The notes below the pieces were generated by a model that saw only the letters and a program-made list of their open reading frames with translations, ran no database searches and had not been told where the DNA came from. The position numbers and the translations under genes were made by a program. 64,000 nucleotides of DNA from Octopus vulgaris (taxonomy: Eukaryota): assembly GCA_951406725.2 (NCBI GenBank), contig OX597814.1, positions 194,494,001 to 194,558,000 on the forward strand, written 5' to 3'. Positions within the stretch are counted from its first letter, which is position 1. Each line of letters begins with the position of its first letter. Below are positions 52,943-62,093 of the stretch, piece by piece.

Positions 52943-55217
52943 CATCATCATCGTTTAACGTCCACTTCCCATGCTAGTATGGAAAGCAGACGTTAAACAA
53001 TGATGATGATGATGATACACACACACACACACACATACAAATATCCTGCTTGGAAATATAGATATATCAAGGCAAATAACTCTACATTTCTATGCAGCAG
53101 TCAACTCCCTTCTTAAATTATAGGTCATCAAATTTTATATTTTATTATGACAGTTATTAACAGTACAATTATTTTGCAATTTACTAGGAATTTCAATATC
53201 TAAGTAGATATAAGGTTGAAGTTAGCAATAGTACAGAGAGATCAATATTTAGAATACTTACAATCAGAGATTCCATTCCCCACAAGTCTTTGTTAATTAG
53301 AGGAATACCATGTAATCCTAAACAAACAAATATATCAGACAATAAGTTCTTGAACTAAAATAAATGAACAAATATTAAAATGATAGCTGTAAATAATAAT
53401 AATAATAATAATAATAATAATTGTGTACAGTGCTCAGGTGCACTACAACTCATCTAAAGTGTATATATAATCAGGTGTAGTTTCGACGGATTTCGGGAAG
53501 CATGAGGGCCTTAAAGGATGCAGTGTCATGGCAGTCAACAACTGATGCAGGCAGTTTATTCCACGCTTCAGCAACCCTGAGCGTGAAAAAATGTTTCCGA
53601 AAGTCATGGGAGCTGTGCTGTTTTCTGACTTTGTAGGCATGTCCACGTGTGTTAGACACATGGAGATCAAAAAGGTGTTCAGTGTTGTTGTTGGTGAGGT
53701 GGTTGATAAAATAAATATATACTGAACAAATGGAGATGTAAGGCAGAAGGGACTTAACATTCTCGCTCACAACATCATAAGCGGAAAGTGTAACCTCTCG
53801 AAAGAGCTGTTCTTTACTCCTGCTCCAGAGCGTCAGCTGCGGGGTCACTCCGAAAAGCTCTATCTGCGACGATTTCATCTCAATCGAAGGAGAGGGGCTT
53901 TCTCCGTCCGGGTTGCGGATCCGTCGAATAAGCTGCTGGACGAGATAGTGAAGATGCCGACGACCGCTCAGTTCAAAGACTCTCTTCACCAGAAATGGCC
54001 TGAACTCTTTGCATGAACACCCTCCCTGTACATAACTCCATGTCCCGCTACATGGCCTTGCTTTTGATTTTTGAGCCAAAAAATTAACTTAACTGGCAAA
54101 TGAAAAATGCATCTACTCCACTCATTTAGAACCATCACGTGATAATAAGACAGCAAACATGCAAGCATGCACACACAACAGAGTTCTTACAATTCCTGTG
54201 TACCAAACCCACTCACAAGGCTTTTATTGTCCTGAGGTTATAACAGAAGACACTTGCCCAACATGTCATGCAATGGGATTGAATCCAGAACCATGTAGTT
54301 AGGAAGCAAGCTTCTAAGCCACACAACCATACCTACACCTCATGAAATAGATTGTTCTTGTACATATTGTGCCGGTGAGCCAAATAGAGAAATATTCATT
54401 GCTTATAAAAAGGTTATTTATTTATTTAGACTCATAGTATTTTACTGGGACCCAAACAGCTTAGTGAAAATAAAGAGGAGAATGAAATTCATTGAAGTGA
54501 AAATTCCATGAAAGAAGAACAAACAAACCTCTCATCTGTAAATCTGGTGTTAATTTTCCAGCCACTAATAAATGCTTGTTTCTGCCAACTTTTTCATTAA
54601 GGAGGTGGTACCAACCATCAACACACTGCAAAAAAATACAGCCATATAGTTATATATATATATATAGTTAATCCAAACAAGAAAGCACAAAAAAACACAA
54701 CGCGAGGACGTGGAACAAACATAGTATTATTGGACGCTCAGGAAAGAAGGAGGGTTTAACGTTTTGAGCGGAGCTCTTTGTCGGAAACATAGGAGAAGGG
54801 AAGACAGAGGAAAAAAAATCGACAACGGTACACAGGAGGTCACATTTTGAATGTTACAATTAGTTATGTTAGCAGTATGAAGCAGTTTCAAGAATATATA
54901 TAGGCACAGGACACCTTGGGCAAGTGTCTTCTACTATAGCCTCGGGCCGACCAAAGCCTTGTGAGTGGATTTGGTAGACGAAAACTGAAAGAAGCCCATC
55001 GTATATATGTATATATATATATGCATGTGTGTGTTTGTCCCTTAGCATTGCTTGACAACCGTTACTTAGCGGTTCGGCAAAAAGAGACCGATAGAATAAG
55101 TACTGGGCTTACAAAAAAAGAATAAGTCCTGCGGTCGAGTTGCTCGATTAAAGGCGGTGCTCCAGCATGGCCGCAGTCAAATGACTGAAACATGTAAAAG
55201 AGTAAAAGAGAGAGTAA

Positions 55218-55270
<53 letters not shown>

Positions 55271-55434
55271 AAAGTAAGATAGGGGTTATGAGGGTAACCC
55301 ACTATGGAATATCAGTTATTCAATATACTGCTGGTGAAGCACCCAAATGCCATATTTAATAAATAATATGAAATGGTAATATCTGTGAGTTGATGATTGA
55401 AATGAATTTGTTCCTCCATTTTCTTATTTGCATG

Positions 55435-55477
<43 letters not shown>

Positions 55478-58400
55478 GTATATAAATAAAGTTATCTTCT
55501 TTTTTCTTTCCAAGATGGAACCTGTCATAAATCAGTGTTTCTGTGGGAGCTTCCATTCTGTGTGTGTCTGTGTAAATGTGTGAGTAGGTGTGCATGCATG
55601 TGTGTGAACAGTCTTATCTTGAGCATAGTATATGAGGTCTGATCAAGAAGTAACTGGACTGGTGTTATAAAAAGAAAACTACAACACACATCAATCCAGA
55701 GCTCCATTTATTATAGCAAGAGTTTCAATACTTTTTGATCAGACCTTGTATAGACAGATATGAGAGTTACCAGTGACTCACCCTGTTTGGTTTCATGAGA
55801 TGTAAGACACCGAATGACATTGAACCAAGATAATCTTTGGCACTGTAAAAGCAGAATTAATTTACAATTAGTAATGTTAGCAGTATGAAACAGTTTCAAG
55901 AATACCGTAAATCCTCGGGTATAGTCCACCCTTGAGTATAATACGCAGGGGATTTTTAGGGAGCAGTACCTCTGAAAAACCTAAACCTTGTGTATAATAC
56001 GCACCCTAACCCTAACCCTTCTCTAACTTGAGACAAGGAGGTCTAGATAACGTCCTTGGTTTGTAAAAATGTATATGGCAGTGGTTTTCAACCAGGGTTC
56101 CGTGGAACCTTAGGGTTCCGCCAGTACAGTCCAGGGGTTCCGCAAGAAGTTACAAAACTGCTAAAATCGGCAGTAATTTTTAATTTTCCTATGCAGATAT
56201 GTGTGCATAAGACTATTAAATTATTGCACAGTGGTTCCCCAAGCCAGTGGAATGTTTCCTTGAGGTTCCGCTCCAGCAAAAAGTTTGAAAAGCACTGGTA
56301 TACGGTAACGTCCTTTATTATTGTATATATAACACAATGCAAACGTGTAGCTTTTTTGTGCATTTTGTTTGCAGAAAATAAAGAAATAACAGTAATAGCG
56401 TTTAATAAATGTTGCTTACTGCAAGTTATGGATGATTCTTTTATGACTTCATTGCTTTTAGGCTTTGCTTAAGGTATTTTCGTGCCCAACATCACAAAAT
56501 GCGCCTGAATAAACATAGCCAGACAGCAAATAAAGACTCGGACATTGCTTAGAAAATAATTTTCATTTGTAACCTCATATATAGTACACACTAGGGATTT
56601 TGACCTTTAAATTTTGGGGGGAAAATGCGGATTATACTCAAGGATTTATGGTAGTTATTTTGTTAAGAAATATGTTAAAACTAAAGATACTAGTGCCCTA
56701 TCTGCATAAAACTAATACCTATAGAATCTGAGGAGGAGGAAGAGGATAAGGTGGAGGGATTGTGATGTTGGGGGTGGTGAGGAGGAGGAGAAGAGGAGGT
56801 GGCACTGTAACGACTGTGTCCTGCTTAATTACAAGCTGCCCTTTTGCAAGGCATAGCATCTATTCAGTCACCTTGCTAGGATACGACCAAGTCCTGGAAC
56901 AGCAGCACAGGGGATTGTGAAGAGGTAACAGAAGAGCTCAACCGATCCAAGAGTGCTTCTCGCATTGATGCTGAGCAGAGGAATCCCTAGAAGATCAACA
57001 GTCAGGACCATCTAGCTCTATCAAGAGAATAACTGCAATGTATCCAAGAGGTGGCAACCACGGTTGTGTAACCAGCTAATGAAAGAGTCGCTGTGACTCA
57101 AGATTCCGACTCAAATTCATAATAATGCAACAGAGTCATGGAAATCCACAAAAGCTGTGAAAAAAAAATAAGACATTTTTTTTGCTTAAAATTATGCTTC
57201 TAAAAAAACCACCCTGGGCCCTACATACAAACTTGAGTCTATTTTACCTGCTTTAACACACTGGTTTATATATCATACCAGTCTATTTGTCACATACAGT
57301 AATATTTACTAGTTAGACTGGTCTATGTCATACCAAACAGTAATAGTAGTTAGCCTACCCTATATGCCACATCATACAGTAATGTTTAGAATGGACTATA
57401 CACTTTTTAACTAAACTGGCCTCTGTCATAACATGCGATAATACTTACTAGTTAGACTGGTCTATGTCATACCATATAGTAATAGTAGTTAGACTACCCT
57501 ATATGCCACATCATACAGTAATGTTTAGAATGGACTATACACTTTTTAATTAAACTGGCCTGTCATAACATGCGATAATACTTACTAGTTAGACTGGTCT
57601 ATGTCATACCATATAGTAATAGTTAGACTACCTTATATGCCAGATCATACAGTAATGTTTAGAATGGACTATATACACTTTTTTAATTAAACTGGCCTCT
57701 GTCATAACATGCGATAATACTTACTAGTTAGACTGGTCTATGTCATACCATATAGTAATAGTAGTTAGACTACCCTATATGCCACATCATGCAGTAATGT
57801 TTAGAATGGACTATATACACTTTTTAATTAAACTGGCCTCTGTCATAACATGCGATAATACTTACTAGTTAGACTGGTCTATATTATACCATATAGTAAT
57901 AGTTAGACTACCCTATATGCCAGATCATACAGTAATGTTTAGAATGGACTATATACACTTTTTAATTAAACTGGCCTCTGTCATAACATGCGATAATACT
58001 TACTAGTTAGACTGGTCTAGTAATAGTAGTTAGACTACCTTATATGCCACATCATACAGTAATGTTTAGAATGGACTATACACTTTTTAATTAAACTGGC
58101 CTCTGTCATAACATGCGATAATACTTACTAGTTAGACTGGTCTATATGCCACACTGATATCATGAGTCGTTTACTGATGTCATCTTGCAACAATTCACTG
58201 AAAATACAAAGCATTATTTAGGAGAAAAAGCGTTGAAGCATTACAATCATACTTATACATGTAAAATATATTCATGAAAGGAGAATCAGAATTGTTGGTT
58301 TGGATTTCCTTGACCTGTTTCTATGAGAACGGTTATAAAAAAATATTGATGATATGTGAAGACCACACTGTTATATCATCAAACATCAAAGAGGTGCCAA

Positions 58401-59501
58401 ATCTATAAATTCGTACAATAAAGATATTTTATGTTTTTGGAATGAATGAATGAATCTGGTGTTGCTCCGGGGTACGGAACCAGCATGATGCGGCGGGGGT
58501 AAACCAGCATATGCTGATAGGTCCCGCTGCTGATATTGGGGGTTGCATTTTATGCCTTTGAGCTGGGAAATAAATGGAATGCCTGGTTTGTGTCTTGTGG
58601 CTACTCACTCCTAAAAAAATGGGGATTTGGCCTGGGTATATATATATATATATATGTGTGTGTATCATCATCATCATCAATATATATATATATATAGATC
58701 ATCATCATCATCATCGTTTAATGTCCGTTTTCCATGCTAGCAAGGGTTGGACGGTTCAACTGGGGTCTGGGAAGCCAGAAGGCTGCGCCAGGCCCAGTCT
58801 GATCTGGCAGTGTTTCTACGGCTGGATGCCCTTCCTAACGCCAACCACTCCTTGAGTGTAGTGGGTGCTTTTTACGTGTCACCTGCACAGGTGCCAGACG
58901 ATGCTGGCAACGGCCACAATCGGATGGTGCATTTTACGTGCCACCGGCACGGAGGCCAGTCGGGGCAGCGTTGGCAACGGCCACGTTCGGATGGTTCTCT
59001 TACATGCCATCGGCACTGGTATCACAGCTACAATTTCCATTGATGTTGATCGATTTCGATTTTGATTTTCATTTTCACTTGCCTCAACAGGTCTTCACAA
59101 GTAGGGTTTGTGTCACAAGAAGGAAAGGTATGCATAAGTGGGCTGGCTATATTTATATTTGTCTTCAGACAATAGCCATGATCAAATTCTGCAGCATATT
59201 TGTTAGAGATTTCACAAACATTACAACTCTCAGTTTGTATATATATTTTTTTTATTTGATGTGGTTTCATATAACATACACAAAACATTACTCTACAACA
59301 TAAATTTACATTAAAAAATCTACATGGCCAATTACACACCAACACACCATACAACTCGTGGTTTTAAATGCTTTACCAAAGACAACTGTAGACAGAAATT
59401 ACTTACAATGATATTTTGTCATCATAGACAGGGTTATTGGAGTCAACTACCATTTTGGTGGAATATCTTGTCCGTTTTTGTTCATCAGGAATTAGTGATA
59501 T
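14446..59501 (-). CDS. RGS3-like: Multi-exon gene (17 exons visible, 5'-incomplete) for a C2-PDZ-DH(RhoGEF)-PH protein, PsGEF / RGS3 N-terminal-like; no RGS domain
   Basis: Exons 59501-59407, 58197-58129, 55842-55782, 54625-54529, 53317-53262, 51711-51630, 47919-47814, 43127-42863, 33871-33698, 31341-31207, 28489-28382, 26522-26463, 24858-24765, 20778-20354, 17852-17772, 16442-16316, 14648-14446. All are GT-AG with compatible phases, giving 2238 nt open to TGA. Confidence 0.9.
15600..15720. repeat. Compound (CTA)n/(CCA)n/(TAA)n microsatellite
   Basis: Direct inspection; a similar (GTA)n/(GTG)n tract lies at 26605-26712. Confidence 0.95.
16316..16442 (-). CDS. PH domain exon 2
   Basis: tcttgcag acceptor, gtgagt donor; [42 protein letters not shown] (LFSDLLL motif). 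Confidence 0.92.
17772..17852 (-). CDS. PH domain exon 1
   Basis: ctttgtag acceptor, gtgagt donor; [27 protein letters not shown] (R.LI..G.L). Confidence 0.9.
17880..18608. mobile_element. piggyBac-type MITE interrupted by a nested CCGTA-TIR (pogo/Tigger-like) element at about 17985-18492
   Basis: Outer ttaaccctttagcattt ... aaatgctaaagggttaa; inner ccgtaaatcctcgagtatagtcc ... gattatactcaagaatttacgg; an uninterrupted relative of the outer MITE lies at 43268-43495. Confidence 0.8.
20354..20778 (-). CDS. End of DH plus long Ser-rich linker exon
   Basis: gtcttag acceptor, gtaagt donor, phase 1/0, 425 nt open; [37 protein letters not shown]...[16 protein letters not shown]. Confidence 0.88.
20867..21260 (-). 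mobile_element. Non-autonomous Helitron-like element
   Basis: On the - strand it starts TC(TATATATAAAG) and ends with hairpin CCCGAGCAACGCCGGG plus CTAG; near-identical copy at 43646-44037. Confidence 0.78.
24765..24858 (-). CDS. DH domain exon 5
   Basis: ttgcag acceptor, gtaagt donor; [31 protein letters not shown] fits LL..L.K.TP....DY..L. Confidence 0.92.
24903..26369 (+). mobile_element. Internally deleted piggyBac transposon with transposase remnants
   Basis: TTAA TSDs, TIRs ccctttcgttacta / tagtaacgaaaggg; remnants [14 protein letters not shown] (twice) and GRILFFDRF resemble PGBD motifs G.K.W..C...TGY and GR.I..DNFF. Confidence 0.85.
26463..26522 (-). CDS. DH domain exon 4
   Basis: ttttttctag acceptor, gtatgt donor; [20 protein letters not shown] corresponds to CR3 L.S.LIKP.Q. 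Confidence 0.9.
27370..27915 (+). mobile_element. R4/Dong-like non-LTR retrotransposon 3' fragment with restriction-like endonuclease; a second shorter copy lies at 26715-27030
   Basis: [34 protein letters not shown]...VSIP.D.N...KE..KLSKY.NLEIEV.RMW......IIVG.LG; both copies abut (TAA)n/(TAG)n tracts. Confidence 0.82.
28382..28489 (-). CDS. DH domain exon 3
   Basis: tttctag acceptor, gtaagt donor; [36 protein letters not shown] fits Y..Y......A...L..L.....F..FL. Confidence 0.92.
31207..31341 (-). CDS. DH domain exon 2
   Basis: ctttcag acceptor, gtaaga donor; [45 protein letters not shown] (IG.IF-like motif). Confidence 0.9.
31381..31609. mobile_element. piggyBac-type MITE; a second copy lies at 47308-47535
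   Basis: ttaaccctt...aagggttaa termini, same TIR as the 24903-26369 element. Confidence 0.85.
32060..32300 (-). mobile_element. CR1-type LINE 3' fragment
   Basis: Homologous to 53471-53710 (GH.YKVRKQ.SS.DFRKH.FTLRVAE.WNKLP). Confidence 0.8.
32513..33079 (+). mobile_element. Internally deleted mariner (Tc1/mariner) element
   Basis: TA TSDs, TIRs ttgggttgtccggaaagttc / gaactttccggacaacccaa; ORF 32695-33006 fuses the N-terminal [11 protein letters not shown] to [27 protein letters not shown]...GIFKL.ERW. Confidence 0.93.
33698..33871 (-). CDS. DH/RhoGEF domain exon 1
   Basis: ttgcag acceptor, gtcagt donor; [49 protein letters not shown] fits DH R...I.EL..TE..Y....LF.NIE. Confidence 0.93.
34265..34535 (-). 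mobile_element. Putative SINE with tRNA-like head and Penelope-type tail carrying a hammerhead-like core
   Basis: Minus strand: GTAGTGGTTAAGAGCG...GAGTTCAATTCC head, (AAT)n, then CTGAAGAAGGCTG-loop-CAGATGAAAC and a tail also seen at 38332-38455. Confidence 0.55.
36471..36990. repeat. Long foldback element (about 215-bp arms) with a TTAGGG-like loop
   Basis: tagaatgtgtcatataaaacatcttttactcttagc... is mirrored by ...gctaagagtaaaagatgttttatatgacacattcta; the loop contains ttaggattaggtttagggttaggg. Confidence 0.85.
40555..40740 (+). mobile_element. Degenerate RTE-like LINE 3' fragment
   Basis: [15 protein letters not shown]...[15 protein letters not shown] resembles RTE GHV.RM...R..K......RPRGRP...W.D. 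Confidence 0.6.
42863..43127 (-). CDS. PDZ last strand plus acidic linker exon
   Basis: ttttcag acceptor, gtaaga donor, phase 2/0; [35 protein letters not shown]...[17 protein letters not shown]. Confidence 0.87.
47814..47919 (-). CDS. PDZ domain exon 2
   Basis: ttgcag acceptor, gtaagt donor; [36 protein letters not shown] fits SPA..AGL..GD.I..VNG. Confidence 0.93.
48500..48900 (-). mobile_element. Degenerate RTE LINE fragment
   Basis: [23 protein letters not shown] motif. Confidence 0.7.
48953..49316 (-). mobile_element. Second non-autonomous Helitron-like family; partial copy at 40765-40975
   Basis: On the - strand it starts TCTCTATATATAAATGGC and ends with hairpin GACCCGGCATTGCTGGGTC plus CTAG. 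Confidence 0.7.
50725..51220 (-). mobile_element. Degenerate RTE LINE 3' fragment
   Basis: [14 protein letters not shown]...MCGVKLFDK...[25 protein letters not shown]...W...V....[12 protein letters not shown]; (GAT)n tail. Confidence 0.8.
51630..51711 (-). CDS. PDZ domain exon 1
   Basis: tttttgtag acceptor, gtagga donor; [27 protein letters not shown] contains the R...GYGF carboxylate-binding loop. Confidence 0.93.
51955..52575 (-). mobile_element. Family A SINE with an expanded internal minisatellite (about 7 units of about 60 bp, alternating variants), followed by a (TA/CA)n tract 52576-52940
   Basis: Repeats of ggtgcttttacgtg(c/t)caccg(a/g)cacggggccag(acaga/gcgag)gctggcaa(a)cg. Confidence 0.9.
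53262..53317 (-). CDS. C2-PDZ linker exon
   Basis: tttgtttag acceptor, gtaagt donor; phase 1/0 bridges its neighbours exactly; [19 protein letters not shown]. Confidence 0.82.
53420..53712 (-). mobile_element. CR1-type LINE 3' end with (TTA)n tail
   Basis: [48 protein letters not shown]. Confidence 0.88.
53735..54095 (+). mobile_element. CR1-type LINE 3' end of a different family
   Basis: [85 protein letters not shown] followed by a short (TTAAC) tail. Confidence 0.85.
54529..54625 (-). CDS. End of C2 domain
   Basis: tttttttgcag acceptor, gtttgt donor; [32 protein letters not shown] matches the RGS3-type GWY.LL.E.LGR.KHL.V. Confidence 0.92.
55630..55751. mobile_element. Small mariner-like MITE
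   Basis: ta-tgaggtctgatcaagaagta ... tactttttgatcagaccttg-ta inverted termini. Confidence 0.6.
55782..55842 (-). CDS. C2-domain exon
   Basis: cttttacag acceptor, gtgagt donor; [20 protein letters not shown] carries the G.MSFGV motif. Confidence 0.92.
55903..56654. mobile_element. CCGTA-TIR (pogo/Tigger-like) element with a nested hAT MITE at 56079-56298
   Basis: Same family as 17985-18492; nested cagtggttttcaac...gtttgaaaagcactg flanked by gtatatgg / gtatacgg (8-bp TSD with one mismatch). Confidence 0.82.
57275..58152. repeat. Tandem array (period about 138-140 bp, about 6.5 units) overlapping the 3' end of the 58197-58129 exon
   Basis: Recurring acatgcgataatacttactagttagactggtcta at about 57442, 57580, 57719, 57860, 57998, 58123, plus a decayed copy at about 57305. 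Confidence 0.93.
58129..58197 (-). CDS. C2-domain exon
   Basis: ttttcag acceptor, gtaagt donor, phase 2/2; [22 protein letters not shown](Y) resembles C2 DD.KRLLV.VW. Confidence 0.88.
59407..59501 (-). CDS. C2-domain exon (first visible exon)
   Basis: ttttatag acceptor, gtaagt donor; [32 protein letters not shown] resembles the RGS3/PKC-type C2 ISLIP...KT..V....P.F.E.F. Confidence 0.88.
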
Positions 59502-61509
59502 CTATAAAATAACATAAAGACATAAACTGAAAGGAACTCATTCTTAGTAGAGAAATTATAAAGAGCAACAGAATTCTGTATCCATTAGCATCTTCGGAAA
59601 TAAATAAAACTAGATTGGATGAATGACAAGCCAACACGAGAGTCACTACATAGTTGCTGTACCTGCTAGAAATAGCAGCTAAATATTCCTCAGACATTAC
59701 TGTAAAGCAGTGGTTTATAGCCTGGGCAGTGTTGGGCACAAAAAAGCAGTAAATGTCAAGAAGGCCATATGGGGTTAGGGGACACTGGGTGTTCAAAGGA
59801 TCCATGCCTTTTCTTAGAAAATATTTAACTCTTTCAAGCTGGGTGGTACAAATAAAGTACCACTTATTTGTATCAGTTTAATGAGCAGTGAAGGCACATG
59901 GTTCAGTGGTTAGAGCGTCAAGCTTACGATCATGAGGTTGTGAGTTTGAATCCTGGACCGGGCTGCGTGTTGTGTTCTTGAGCAAGACACTCTATTTCAC
60001 GTTGCTCCAGTTCACTCAGCTGTAGAAATGAGTTGCAACATGGCATGGAGAAGGGAGGCCGGTATGGATGGGCGACTGCTGGTCTTCCATAAACAACCTT
60101 GCCCGGACTTGTGCCTGGGAGGGTAACTTTCTAGGTGCAATCCCATGGTCTTTGTCTTGACCGAAGGGGGTCTCAGAATGAGCGGAGGTACATAATTCGT
60201 ACCTAAACTTAAAATTCTTTTTGCTGCATGATCAGTTGCTCAAAAAACATTATCACTTCATCTTTCAGCCAATCAGAAGCTCCCCTTACATCTGGCAACA
60301 ATTTTCTGTGACACAAACGGAATATTTTTTTCAATTGAATCCATTTTGTGCCAACGAAAAAACAAGAGTACAAATTTTTGCTATAAATTTTTGCCCTTCT
60401 AGAGTGTTTTTTTTTTTTGGCCTATCTCGCCCCCGAAAGACTTCAAGGAACGATATTTTAAAAGAAAATGATAATAATGGATTTATATTTTGGCACAAGG
60501 CCAGCGATATTTGTGGGAAGTGGGTTAGCCTATTACACTATCTTCAGTACTATATTTTGTTGAACCTGAAAGAATGAAAGGTAAAGTTAACCTTGGCAAT
60601 ATCTGAACACAGAACATACAACCATACATACACACATATATACATAATCATCATTTAACAGTAATCCCTCGCCATATCGTGGTTTACCTATCAGTTTATT
60701 ATGTAAGCTTACGTCGATTCCACTGTGGTGTTGTTTTGCATTTATCATCATCATCATCATCATTTAGCGTCCGTTCTCCATGCTAGCATGGGTTGGACGG
60801 TTTGGGAAGCCAGGCGGCTGCACCAGGCCCAGTTGATCTGGCAATGTTTCTACGGCTGGATGCCCTTCCTAACGCCAACCACTCCGTGAGTGTAGTGGGT
60901 GCTTTTTACATGCCACCCGCACAGGTGCCAGACGGAGCTGGCAAATGGCCACGGATGGATGGTGCTCTTTACGTGCCACCGGCACGGGAGCCAGGCGAGG
61001 CTGGCAACGGCCACGATCGGATGGTGCTTTTTACGTGCCACTGGCACGGGGGCCAGGCGAGGCTGGCAACAGCAATGAACGGATGGTGCTTTTTATGTGC
61101 CACCGGCACGGGGGCCAGGCGAGACTGATATACAAACTATAAAAATAATTTCTATACTTTGCGGATTTTCACCTAACGCGGGGGGTTTTGGAACATAACA
61201 TCCACAATAATCAAGGGATTACAGTATATATGTCTAATGTATTGCAATGAGTTCTTTGTACGTGCTTGGGAGAATTTGTATGTGTGTGTGTGTGCGTGAA
61301 TGTATGTGTAAGTGCAGGATAGTGTTTGCTTGTGTGGTTGTATGTTTGGTTGTGGCAGTGTCTATGCGTGTGTAAAGCTACATACGTATTTACATTATTA
61401 TACAAGTAATAGTGGTCGAATATATGCTGTGTGATCATTTATGTGAGTGTGTGTGTATGTGAATGGGTTATGTATGCTAATGTATTGCATTTGTATATGT
61501 TGCTGTGTC

Positions 61510-61539
<30 letters not shown>

Positions 61540-61544
<5 letters not shown>

Positions 61545-61732
61545 ATATTAGAGGGAAACCACTATGTGGACACCCAATTGCTAGAAATAGATCTGCTATG
61601 GTCTTACCACTAAGAAATATTCTCAAGAACAATTTAGCAAAACAACCAAAGAACATTTCTTAGTGGCAAGACCATAGCGGATCTATTTCTAGCATATGGG
61701 TGTCCACATAGTGGTTTCCTCTAATATGTATA
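61540..61732. repeat. Foldback palindrome within (TA)n; one arm also occurs at 39720-39900
   Basis: acatattagagggaaaccactatgtggacaccc... is mirrored by ...gggtgtccacatagtggtttcctctaatatgt. Confidence 0.88.
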
Positions 61733-61834
61733 TAATACAATTTTACTGAACCTTCAGTCTTTATTATATACTAGACCACTGGTTTGAAATCTATGTTAAT
61801 TAAATTAATATCTAATTTCTCACCCTCATTTTAA

Positions 61835-61918
<84 letters not shown>

Positions 61919-62047
61919 GTTTAGCGTCCGCTTTCCATGCTAGCATGGGTTGGACGGTTCAACTGGGGTCTGTGAAGCCAGAAGGCTGCATCAGGCCCAG
62001 TCTGATCTGGCAGTGTTTCTACGGCTGGATGCCCTTCCTAACGCCAG

Positions 62048-62093
<46 letters not shown>

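Noticed and set aside
52001-52996. Longest ORFs in the track (331, 279, 261 aa)
   Set aside because: Stop-free reading of a SINE minisatellite plus (TA/CA)n in several frames; not a gene
53471-54079. 202-aa minus-strand ORF
   Set aside because: Chimera of the antisense of one CR1 tail and the sense of another
57275-58152. Possible CRISPR-like repeat-spacer array
   Set aside because: The intervening sequences are themselves repeated, there are no unique spacers or cas genes, and the context is a eukaryotic intron
58250-58325. Candidate extra C2 exon
   Set aside because: No convincing donor or motif; 59407 splices in phase directly to 58197
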